From an uncultured Gammaproteobacteria bacterium (GTDB taxonomy: Bacteria > Pseudomonadota > Gammaproteobacteria > JACCXJ01): a stretch of 64,000 nucleotides of DNA. The notes under the pieces are model-generated. The model searched no databases, was not told where the DNA came from, and saw only the letters and a program-made list of their open reading frames with translations. Positions 54,691-64,000 of the stretch are shown here, piece after piece (within the stretch, counting starts at the first letter, position 1; each line of letters starts with the position of its first letter). The DNA is taken from the NCBI GenBank assembly GCA_963764725.1, contig CAVXTM010000005.1, forward strand, positions 64,001 to 128,000. The letters are read 5' to 3'. A program made the position numbers and the translations under genes.

Positions 54691-55024
54691 TGCGGCGAGG
54701 AGAGAGGTCCTGCCATCGACTGTGCACTGCCAAGATCGCTACGCCAATAACCGAGGGGAAGCCTCACACCGACATACGCGCCAACACGAGAGACAGATGA
54801 GGCGATTCAAATCACCCGGACAAGCCCAACGATTCCTGTCTGTTCACAGCCAAGTCCACAACCTGTTTCGCGTCGGCCGTCATCTTTTAAGGGCGTGTCA
54901 TTACCGCCTGTTCCGTTGAGCGCTCCTTTCGACTTGGCAAGAGGTGACTTGCGCCTGCTGAATCGGGGAGCTGAACCTAAAACCGCAGCCGAAAATAGGC
55001 TACGTTCGATAACTTGTCAAAGCC
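54691..55024 (+). mobile_element. IS6-family remnant (3' end)
   Basis: RYANNRGEASHRHTRQHERQMRRFKSPGQAQRFLS; terminal AACTTGTCAAAGCC. Confidence 0.8.
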
Positions 55025-55335
55025 GGTATCTCTCCCGCCTGCGGCTCAAGGGGCGCGCTGAAGCGGCACGGGCGAAGCTCAGCCAGCATAAGACCTGGGG
55101 GGCGCTGGCGCCGCTGGTCTTCTACGTACATTCGCACAGCCTCGGGCATGGTTATCTCTTGCTCTTGAGCAGCGTGTACTTGAGCAACCTAGCGGTGGGA
55201 CTGCTCAATCACGAGGTCGTGAAGATACGCCACAGGTGGTTCCTGACCGGCTAGATGCTCGTGCATGTCTCGTTGGCCGTCGTGCTTTTGATCCTCGTCA
55301 GCTACCACGCCTTCATCGCGTTCTACTACCAGTAG
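55025..55335 (+). pseudogene. Fragment of a His-rich membrane protein gene
   Basis: HKTWG, YVHS, LVHVSL, SYH helices with an internal TAG; 5' end replaced by IS6. Confidence 0.4.
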
Positions 55336-55494
55336 CTGGACATGGCGCGTGCGATGTCCGACCAGCGCAAGCTTACTCCCCGGGGTACGGATAGATCTCC
55401 TCTATAACGTTTCATCTACTCTGTTCAAGCTTCCAAGAATACGGGATGTGCAAACGTATTCTTGGGCATGTTCATCGCTGTTATCTCCGCCTAG

Positions 55495-57250
55495 CCCGCA
55501 TTTCTCACCAATGTGGGGATACATGGGCTAAAGGCTTTGATGAGGACATCAGAAAAGAAGACCGCGTGAATTAGCCGCTGCGGTCGAGACGCCAACAAGA
55601 CAAATCAAGCAACTCATGGAGGTTTCTGTCGATACGTGCAGGTGCTTTGAGGCATTCTGTGATCTCAAGCCAAGTGCTCCCCTGACCTCCCTTTTGGATC
55701 CCTGACACCAGCAGACGGAACAGGCCAATCGCTCGGGCTAACAGCGCAAGGGGATCTGCTGCACCCGGGCCAGCACCGCTTGGAAGAGGCTCGCATAGGG
55801 ATAAGCTTCTGAGAAGGCGATCCAGACATTGCGCACCGTGATGCGGATCTGGGCGCCGATCTTCAAAGAGTTTCAGGCGAATGGTGTCGCATTGCGCCTG
55901 CGCCAACTCGGTCCCCCCAAGCCCCAAGGCTCGCAGGGTCTCGATGAGCACATAGGCAAACGAGGAGAAGTACAGCCGCAGTTGATTGGAGCGCAGCGCC
56001 TGAGTGCTGGTGCGATCGGCGAACAGAGCGAGTTGCTGTTCCTTGATGCGGTTTTCCATCTCCCCGCGGGCACAGTAGAGATCTTCGTAGAGGCCGCGGG
56101 CGTCCTGCTCCTGCCGGGAGAGTGAGGTGACGATAAACCGGGGATTCTCCCCTTTGAGCAAGTATTCGGCCTTGCCCACCACACGCCTCTCAGTGGACCA
56201 ACTCTCCAAGGTTTGGTAACGGAAATCCCTGAACACCCGCGCCGGCCCGCCCGTCGCTCTCATAGGCGCGCTGGGCCTCTGCCAACTCCTCGGCAATGGC
56301 TTCCCTCAGACGGCTATTCTTCGCCAACCCCAGCACATAATCGACCCGCTGGGTTTCACACCAATGCATGATCTCCTCGCGGCAGAAACCGCTATCGCCT
56401 CGCAGAATGATCCGCACCTCGGGCCACACCCCCCGGATCTGCCCCACCACCCGAGCAAGCTCCTCGATACACCCCGCGGCGGGGTCCTCATCGGCCTCCC
56501 GCAAACGGGCACAGAGCAACTTGTCCCCGCAGAAGAAATACAACGGCAGATAGCAATAGTGACCGTAATAACCATGGAAGAAACGTCCCTCCTGATGACC
56601 GTGCAGCGGATCATCGGTCGCATCCACATCGATCACCATCTCCTGCGGGGGGACTCCATAGGACTCAAGAAACAACTCCACCAGGAGCTTATCCATCGCC
56701 TCCCAATCGGCCACAATTTTCTTGTAGCGGCTCGTCTTGTCCGCCTTCTCGGAGGTCAACTCCAGCCGATTGAGCGTGCTCTTCCCCGCCAGCGCCTTGC
56801 CCCGGTCCCCCGCTTGGCGCCTCCCCGCACCGCTTGGGTCTTCCTTCTCACCGAGCACCCCCAATAACACATCGTGCCGCAAGGTGTCGTGATCGTTCAG
56901 ATCCTCGTACCCGAGCGCCATCCCAGACACCCGCTGTTTGATGAGCGACTCCACCGAGTGCTCGATCAACTCCGGATCCCGGTGATCGATGAAACACCCC
57001 GCCAGGCGCTTCAGAATACGCGTCCGCGATTCCACCTCCCGCAACAGCAAACTACCTCCATCGGAGCTGATCCTCCCCCCATCAAACCTCCCTACCACCC
57101 GCCGAGCCCCAAGACCGTGAAATTCCATCTGCCACCCGTTACACTGTGTTTCCATAAGGCCGTCCTCGTCATTGTGCATAACATGCTGATCCCACACATA
57201 TTATGCCACGAGGTACGGCCTTTTTCTTGGCTATCGGTGAGAAATCCGGG
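55495..57250 (-). mobile_element. IS1380-family IS, transposase from 57155 frameshifted
   Basis: IRs CCCG(C/G)ATTTCTCACC with CTAG on both sides; FDGGRISSDGG, GYEDLNDH, DVDATDD, RGDSGF, YCARGEMENRIKE. Confidence 0.92.
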
Positions 57251-57458
57251 CTAGAGTTGCAACCGCTGATCCGCCCACACGGTGGCTCTCAGAAATGAAC
57301 CTTTTCCGGCGGCGTGGGAAATATAGATTCAAGAGGGATCGAATTCCAGAACCCACGTCCCGGGTAGTGCAGGGACGAGTCTGAGGGCGGGATGTCCTCT
57401 CGACTAAAACAACCGCAAGGAAGCGTTGACCTTCTAATCTTAATGAGAGGAAACAGCC

Positions 57459-57965
57459 ATGAAACGTGAAAAATCCATTAAATCCGCATTAACGATGTTA
57501 CCGATAGGTTTGGCGCTGGTCGCCGTCGATTTACCAGCGACGGAGGTTCAGGTCGCCGGAACTTCTACAACCACTATAGATATTATCACCTCTACGGCCG
57601 AGGACACATTGGTGAGCAAAACCGTCTTTCTTCCGGCCACCACGGACAACACATGGGACTGTGCGGTTACAGCCAGTGCGGATACCCTCAACCCGCTCAG
57701 CGGTGACAACAATCAATATATCTTCGGACTCGACGTTGATACCAGCACGAGCACCCGGGCTGGGAGTGATCGCGTGATTGATTATGATAGCCTTGGTCTG
57801 AATGAAGAGACCAACCGTCAACCGGTCAGTTCGACCTTTATTTTCGGACTTCTCAGCGGCAATGCTAACCACACGTTCTACTGGAGCGCGAGGAAATTTG
57901 ACGTAGCCGACGCTGACATGGCCGTCGGAAGTTCGTCGATGACAATTGTGTGCAGCGACGTGTGA
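57459..57965 (+). CDS. Secreted Thr/Ser/Asp-rich hypothetical protein
   Basis: GAGGA RBS, signal-like N-terminus, beta-rich composition, two Cys. Confidence 0.65.
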   Translation: MKREKSIKSALTMLPIGLALVAVDLPATEVQVAGTSTTTIDIITSTAEDTLVSKTVFLPATTDNTWDCAVTASADTLNPLSGDNNQYIFGLDVDTSTSTRAGSDRVIDYDSLGLNEETNRQPVSSTFIFGLLSGNANHTFYWSARKFDVADADMAVGSSSMTIVCSDV

Positions 57966-58022
57966 GGGTACCCGCCGCTGGCGACCCGCATTCCGCTCTT
58001 AGAATGGCCTATCGTGAGCCGG

Positions 58023-58063
58023 ATCCGACGTCCTCGGGAGGCGCCCCGGAGGACGTCGGATTT
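58023..58063 (+). terminator. Stable hairpin after ORF 57459-57965
   Basis: ATCCGACGTCCTC...GAGGACGTCGGAT followed by a short T run. Confidence 0.5.
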
Positions 58064-58199
58064 ACATACCGATGAGTTCAAGGGCTGCTATTAAGCGCGT
58101 GTCGGGGCACGCACGAAAAAGGTGACGGATTTATTTACGCAAGGTAGCCTGGAGGGGGGCGCAGGGGAACCAGGGGAAAGGGACTTTCTCTGCGACTTC

Positions 58200-58620
58200 A
58201 CTTCCGTTCTATTCCGGAAACTGCCCTGGACCCTTGCACCAGGCGCCTGCACCTATCGCATTGCGCTCGGGCCACGCGCGGGCCAGAAGATGCTGACGTT
58301 ACAAACCGCTCCCCAGCCAAGCGGCGCCGCCTACCACTGAGCGCTGTGTTAACGCGCAGGGCTTTAATCCTCCATGCCGAGGTGCCGCTCGCCACCAATC
58401 AGCGTCATAAACTGTAACATTTGTGCCGCTACATCACCGGGCCCGCCATTGCCAATGAACGGCTGACACTCAACCGGCCCGGGGACGTCGCCAACTCAAA
58501 AGTCCCTACCACGGCGGCACCGGCCAATTCATGCAGCGCCTCGCCGCGCTGGTTCCCTGTCCGCGGTTGCATCTAATCCAATCCAGGGTGTGCTCGCGCT
58601 CGCACCAAGCTGCGTGCCGA
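58200..58620 (+). pseudogene. Second IS91-family transposase remnant
   Basis: ACTYRIALGPRAGQK, CVNAQGF, LCRYIT.PAIANERL, MQRLAALVP.PRLHLI. Confidence 0.75.
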
Positions 58621-58627
58621 GATCGCG

Positions 58628-59850
58628 TCACGGACAGCCTTGACCCGGCAGACTACACACCAGGCACCCTTTCTCACCGTCGCCCGGCTCGCAGCAGACT
58701 CGTCCGCTTTTGCAGCCGCCGAAATTATCGTAGTTAGTGATCGTGCAAGTCTTGCTGTCGCCTGGAGCGAGGGTAACGGTGCCATCCTCTGCACAGTTAC
58801 CTCCAATGACTGTATGAAATTCAAAAATATTGGTGCCCGTGCCTCCCGTCTCACCGACCGTGTGGTTGCCAGAGCCCACGAGCTGGGGCCCAGTGCTACC
58901 AGCGTTGACATTTGCCCGCACCGTGACACCGTCAATCTGCAGATTGAACAAGCGTAGACGGTTATGGTCGGGGTGGACCAAGATCTTGTTCACGGTCAAG
59001 TGGCTAATCGCGGACGCGGTGAAGCCGGCGTCGAGGGTCAGGGTGTTCCCCGCGGGCAGCTCGAATAGAAACGTGCCGCCGGTGATCGGGTCGGCGTCGC
59101 TGTCGAGAGTGTCGTCGCCGCCGGCGTCCCGCACGGTGTAGGTGAAGAGCACCAGTGGCCGGAACCTCAGTCGATAGAACCTGAAAGACTCGGGCGGGCC
59201 AACGAAGCGGTAAGCGCCATTGGCGTCAGTGGTTTGCACGCCCAGCGAGACGGATTGCCCGTCGGCCGGGGTAGCGCCGGTCCAGCGGAACAACTCAACG
59301 ACGGCGCCAGCAATGCCCGGCTCGCCGGTGTCCTGGATGCCGTCGCCGTCGAGGTCGTGCCAGACCCGGCCGCCGATCGTCGTCTGCGTCAGCTTCGACA
59401 CGAACACGTCCTCCCGGCCGGCGCTGGTAAGGTTGACGGTCCCAGCCCCCGGGTCGAAGTCCACCGTGCTCTTGAAGCGCCCCGCAGTGTAGACGTTACC
59501 CTGCCCGTCCACCGCCACGCTTCTGCCCGTGTTTAAGCTCGGGCCACTTAGTTGCCGGCCCAGACGAACTTGCCGTTGTTGTCCAGCTTCCACACGAACA
59601 CATCCCTGCCGGCGCTGGTGAGGTTGAAGGTACCGGCCCCCGGGTCGAAGTCCACCGTGCTCACGAAGAAGCCGGTGGTGTAGATGTTGCCCTGCCCGTC
59701 CACCGCCACGCCAGAGCTCTCGTCGTCACTGCTGCCACCCATCCTTCTGGCCCAGACGAACTTGCCGCTGTTGTCCAGCTTCGACACGAACACGTCCTCC
59801 CTGCCGGCGCTAACCAGATTGACGGTCCCGGGGCCGGGGTCGAAGCGGTG
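58628..59850 (-). pseudogene. Surface protein fragment: SBBP beta-propeller repeats, SdrD B-like domain, Cys-rich tail
   Basis: Repeated DFDPGAGT.NLTSAG..DVFV.KLD..GKFVWA units; IGGRVWHDLDGDGIQDTGEPGIAG, DSDAD; frameshifts and missing 5' end. Confidence 0.75.
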
Positions 59851-59968
59851 TTCCGGCAGAGGCGACCAAGGTCCCCGCTGCTGCAAGGGCCCGATCACGC
59901 GCCGGCGGCGGCTCGCCCGGCGTGTTTGGGTTGGTGTTCGTTGAGGAGCTTTTTGCGCAGCTGGACGG

Positions 59969-61203
59969 TGTCCTCCGCATTTATTTTCCGACTAGACGGT
60001 TCCGTGGTTTTGGAAGGCTGACTAGCGAGGCACCGAGATATCAGTGTAGCCTAGACGGATGGAATGTTTGGGCCGCCTCGTTCGCCGCGTGATTGATCTC
60101 GCTGCTTTTGGGCGCATGCTTTCCATAAGCGGCTTACATTTCCTGACCCTCTGCATGAAGAGCCGTGCAGCACTAGGAGCAGAGATTCTTTTCCTGCGGA
60201 AGCAGTTGGCCTATTACCACGAGCGTAAGGTAGCGCCCCGGCGTTTCGACAATGCTTCACGCTATCTCTTGGTAGCGCTGTCGGGCTGGTTTGACTGGAA
60301 GGACGCTTTGGTTAACGTCACACCGAGAACGTTAATTGGGTGGCACCGCGCGGGCTTTCGGCTGTTCTGGCGGTGGAAATGCCGTCGTGGGCGACCGCGG
60401 ATCCCTGCAGAGCTTCGCGCGCTCATTCGTCAGATGGCACGGGACAATATCAGCTGGGGCGAGGAACGGATCGCCAACGAACTCTTGCTGAAGCTCGGGA
60501 TCCAGATCTCATCGCGTACGGTCCGGAAGTACATGCCCAAACGCCCGCCGGGCACACCGCGAGGTGATCAGCGTTGGTTAACGTTCATTCACAATCATGC
60601 CCAAGCGGTTGTCGCCTGCGATTTCCTGACCGTCGTCACCGCCAACTTCAAGTGTCTTTACGTCTTTGTCGCTATCGAACTCGGTACACGGAAACTGATA
60701 CACATCAACGTTACCGATCACCCTACAGCCGCTTGGACCTTGCAACAGCTACGCGAGGCAATACCCTCCAATCACACTTACCAGTATCTTCTCCACGACC
60801 GCGACCGTATTTTCTCCGTTGGTCTCGATGCGTCGATAAAGGGGCTTGGTCTACGGGTTTTGAAGAGCCCTTATCGCAGTCCACTTGCGAATTGCTTTTG
60901 TGAACGCGTGATAGGAACTCTACGTCGCGAATGTTTGGACTTTCTTGATCCCACTCACACATCCGCACTTGCTTCGCGTTGCCAAAGAATGGGCAACATA
61001 TTACAACACGGCACGACCTCATATGTCTCTGGGTCCGGGGATCCCGATCTCACCCGAGACGTTACACGCTCCTCTGAGGTTGCGCCGGCATCAGCTTCCT
61101 GACAAGCTGGTCGTTTCCGCACGCTCGGTGCTCGACGGGTTGCACCACGACTACCGGCTGGTGGCAGTCCCAACATGAATCCGAAAAATTCTTGCGGAGG
61201 ACA
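59969..61203 (+). mobile_element. Integrase-core (rve) transposable element, IS481/IS3-like, one frameshift
   Basis: 11-bp IR TGTCCTCCGCA; WGEERIANEL.LKLG, ACDF, HDRD, CERVIGTLRRECLD, YYNTARPH, GLHHDY; no TSD. Confidence 0.8.
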
Positions 61204-61884
61204 GTTTGCAAAAAGAGCTACAAGCCGAAGGTATTCAGGCGGGGGTGGGGCGGATCAAACGCCTTCGCAAGCAGCTTGGGATATGTTGCAAACAACGGCG
61301 TAAGTTCAAAGCCACAACCCATTCCAACCACCGGCTGGCGGTTGCAGAGAACCTCCTCGATCAGAATTTTGCAGCGACTCGGCCTAACCAGATCTGGGTC
61401 GCCGACATCAGCTATGTGCCGACCGATGAGGGCTGGTTATACCTCGCTGCCCTCAAGGACCTCTACACCTGCGAGATCGTCGGCAGAGCGCTCTCGGAAC
61501 GCATGAGCAAGGAGCTGGTGGGCCGGGCGCTGATCCAGGCGATTGCGGCCAAACGCCCAGCGGCAGGACTGATTCATCATTCTGATCGAGGCCGTCAATA
61601 CTGCTCGCATGACTACCGGAAACTCCTCGAGCAATTTGGCATGAAAGCTTCCATGAGCCGCAAAGGCAACTGCTACGACAATGCCCCGGTGGAGAGTTTC
61701 TTCGGCACGTTAAAGACCGAGCTCGTTTATCATCGGCGCTACCAGACGCGTCGCCAGGCCGTGGCCGAGATCACGGAGTACATCGACCTCTTTTACAATC
61801 GCCAGCGGCGGCATTCGAAACTCGGTTATCTTTCGCCAATGGCTTTCATGATAAAATACTGGGAGAAACGACAGGCAGCTTAAA

Positions 61885-63832
61885 CCGATCTTCTTTCGGA
61901 GTCTCAGCGTAATGCCATGATAATACATAGTAAATTAAAAAATCATAATTCTGCTACTGGGTACATCGTTACACTTTTACGCCCAGGAGTTTGAAGGCAT
62001 GGCGTTGTAAGGTGGTGGGCCGAGTGATCTGATCGAAGGGCGCTGCGCCTTGGAGTTTGGGTTGAATACGGTTCTTGGTGATGGTGGCGAGATCGGCCAA
62101 AAGTGTTTGGAAGCTGTGCACCGGGAGACCCTCTTCGGTGCGTCGCGTGTGGGCCTTCTGTTCGGCCTTGGGGGAGACTTTCGCCGGGGCAACGATGGAG
62201 GCACGTTGTTTATCGGCGCTCGGTTTATCGTCATCGTCAAAGAGCAGTGGTGCAAGCGCCTTGCGCAGATGCCACTCCAGGTAATAGGCCAGCATGCAGA
62301 GGAAGACATGCGCACGGACGCGATCGGCGAGGTAGTGGTAGATAGGCCGGACTTTCAGATCGACGCTTTTGTAGCTACGGAAGGCCCGTTCGACATGCGC
62401 GAGATCCTTATAGGCACGTACGGTCTGCGCGCTCTCAAGCATCTCTTTGGGCACACTCGTACGGAGGACGTAGATCCCATCGAGCGCGGCTTCCTCGTGG
62501 ATGCGCTGGGTATCGCGCTCATAGGCAAAACGCTCCTCGGAGATAGCAAGCTTAAAATGCTTAGCCATCTTGAATCGGCCGATGACTTTGCCCACCCGCA
62601 GCCCGATCTGCGCTTGACCTTTCAAGGCACGTTGGGCTCTTTGGGTAGCGGCGACGATCTGATTAAGTTCGCGCTCGGTGGCCTGTAAGAGCGACTCGCG
62701 TTGTTGCGCGCGTGCTTCGGCCAAGAGGGGATTCTTACAGACGATGAGTCGTTCAGCGGGATAGGCGGAACTGGTGATCTCGGCCAAGTCCTGCGCATCG
62801 AAAATCGAGAGCTGGATATCTTTCGCCTCGACCAACGCACGGATAGCCGGTGCCCGCAACGCCGTGATCCAATCCACGCCTTCGAGGGGCTTGAGGTCCT
62901 CTCGGATCCGCGCTTCGGTCATCATCCCCCGATCACCCACCAACACGATCCGCGTCAGCCCAAAGCGCGTGCGCAGCTTCTCGATTTGGGCCCCGAGCGT
63001 CTTCGGATCGGCGGTATTGCCCTCGAAGACCTCCACGGCGATGGGACAGCCTTCGCGATTGCATAAAAGACCAAAGACGATCTGCAGTTTATCTTGCTTC
63101 CCGTCACGGGAATAGCCCAAGCGGGCGAGTGGACAGCACTGACCTTCAAAATAGGTAGAGCTCACATCGTAGAGCACGAGCGCGCCGTCGTGGAGATGTT
63201 GCTCGGCGATTGTCCTTTCGATCTCTCCCTGCCGTGCTTGCAGCCAATCCATCGCGGCGTACAAGTCTTCGGCTTGCGCTGATTCGACCTCGAGCGCTTC
63301 CCCCAAGCTCGTTGCGGCGCTCTCTTCCCCGAAGCCGCGCGCGGTGGCGAGCTTCGATCGGGGATCGAGCAGACGCGCGACGATCATCGCGACGACACGA
63401 TCCCGTTCTGGAGATCGCTTGGGGGCGATGAGCTTCTCCAGCCCAAGCTTACGGAGCGTGCCGAGCACGGCGGCGACATGTCCATGCGGCAGTGAGCGGA
63501 CGATGTCGAAGCTCTCCTCGAAGTGTTTGATGACCGTGCCTCCCTGAAGGAGGGTACGCAGGCCCTCGACGAGGTGTGCGGGCCAGTCGGTGAGGTTGGC
63601 GAGGGTACGTTTGAGGACGCGCTTGCCCTCGCGGTAGGACTCCCGCAGGAGAATGGCCGGTGGGGAGTTACGGTTGGGGACTTTCTCCACGTACATGGCC
63701 ACGCACTGTACCACGTACAACGCTGATAAACAAGCCTATATGCCAACTATACATGGGTACACAATGAGGCACAATAAAGCTTTTATATTAATCTACTCAT
63801 ATGGATAGAGATAAAATCATCAAGAAGATCGG
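61885..63832 (-). mobile_element. IS1634-family IS, intact
   Basis: IR CCGATCTTCTT / AAGAAGATCGG; 6-bp TSD CTTAAA (61879-61884, 63833-63838). Confidence 0.92.
61969..63696 (-). CDS. IS1634-family transposase
   Basis: LLRESYREG, LYDVSSTYFEG, GYSRDGK, FEGNTAD, VGDRGM, VERAFR, RPIYH, AHVFLCMLAY. Confidence 0.94.
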   Translation of the reverse strand: MYVEKVPNRNSPPAILLRESYREGKRVLKRTLANLTDWPAHLVEGLRTLLQGGTVIKHFEESFDIVRSLPHGHVAAVLGTLRKLGLEKLIAPKRSPERDRVVAMIVARLLDPRSKLATARGFGEESAATSLGEALEVESAQAEDLYAAMDWLQARQGEIERTIAEQHLHDGALVLYDVSSTYFEGQCCPLARLGYSRDGKQDKLQIVFGLLCNREGCPIAVEVFEGNTADPKTLGAQIEKLRTRFGLTRIVLVGDRGMMTEARIREDLKPLEGVDWITALRAPAIRALVEAKDIQLSIFDAQDLAEITSSAYPAERLIVCKNPLLAEARAQQRESLLQATERELNQIVAATQRAQRALKGQAQIGLRVGKVIGRFKMAKHFKLAISEERFAYERDTQRIHEEAALDGIYVLRTSVPKEMLESAQTVRAYKDLAHVERAFRSYKSVDLKVRPIYHYLADRVRAHVFLCMLAYYLEWHLRKALAPLLFDDDDKPSADKQRASIVAPAKVSPKAEQKAHTRRTEEGLPVHSFQTLLADLATITKNRIQPKLQGAAPFDQITRPTTLQRHAFKLLGVKV

Positions 63833-64000
63833 CTTAAACGTCATGGCGTCCACCATTGACAACCGACCTCACACAGCTCAGAACACCCGAGCGTGTTGCG
63901 CTCGCTCAACGAGTGATTCTCTTAAGGGGGAAACCCAACATCATCAATCAATCATATTTCTTCCACGCCCTCAAGTCGGAGATGGTCCAAAATCAACTGA

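Larger units (their letters stand above)
61204..63871 (+). mobile_element. IS3-family remnant: orfB 61206-61883, 5' end lost, right end displaced by IS1634
   Basis: WVADISY, HHSDRG.QY, GNCYDNAPVESFF, YNRQRRHS.LGY; IRR-like CCACCATTGACAACCGACCTCA ending 63871. Confidence 0.85.

Noticed and set aside
57255-57458. Riboswitch in the leader of the secreted protein
   Set aside because: Hairpins are present but I could not match a known aptamer consensus; needs an Rfam scan.
59380-59850. Tandem DNA repeats as a non-coding array
   Set aside because: They encode SBBP propeller blades.
60059-61178. Integron integrase for the attC sites
   Set aside because: It is a DDE rve-core transposase, not a tyrosine recombinase; no intI found in the window.

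Overview
A 64 kb window from a GC-rich bacterium, gammaproteobacterial-like by gene order (alaC-hom-thrC; yqgE-ruvX-pyrR-pyrB-pyrC'). Intact housekeeping blocks alternate with two decayed accessory regions. The intact blocks are 0-8.5 kb (yajD, two lipoprotein hydrolases, alaC, hom, thrC, rlmKL) and 19.5-42.3 kb (copA, an FkbH-ACP-MBOAT-SGNH operon, tsaB, cpdA, a pentameric ligand-gated channel, pyr genes, sorAB). Accessory region 1 (8.6-19.4 kb) holds ISL3, REP/REPIN repeats with two RAYT pseudogenes, an integrase-less integron cassette array (HEPN remnant, HNH nuclease, hypothetical), and a group II intron interrupted by IS630. Accessory region 2 (42.6-64 kb) holds a tRNA-Arg 3' att fragment, further attC sites and cassettes in both orientations, a class C attC-intron remnant, and about ten IS elements or remnants. 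Two candidate systems stand out. (1) A non-class-C group II intron sits in the sense-strand GTT|AGGC core of an attC site, and its predicted EBS1 (TAACGGA) is the exact complement of that core. (2) A Dlt-like envelope-acylation operon uses FkbH in place of DltA, and its MBOAT ends in a fused DltX-type FIYFRF motif, predicting glyceryl transfer. No intI gene and no CRISPR array were seen. All calls are from reading motifs by eye; no searches were run. Many frameshifts in mobile elements may be assembly errors.
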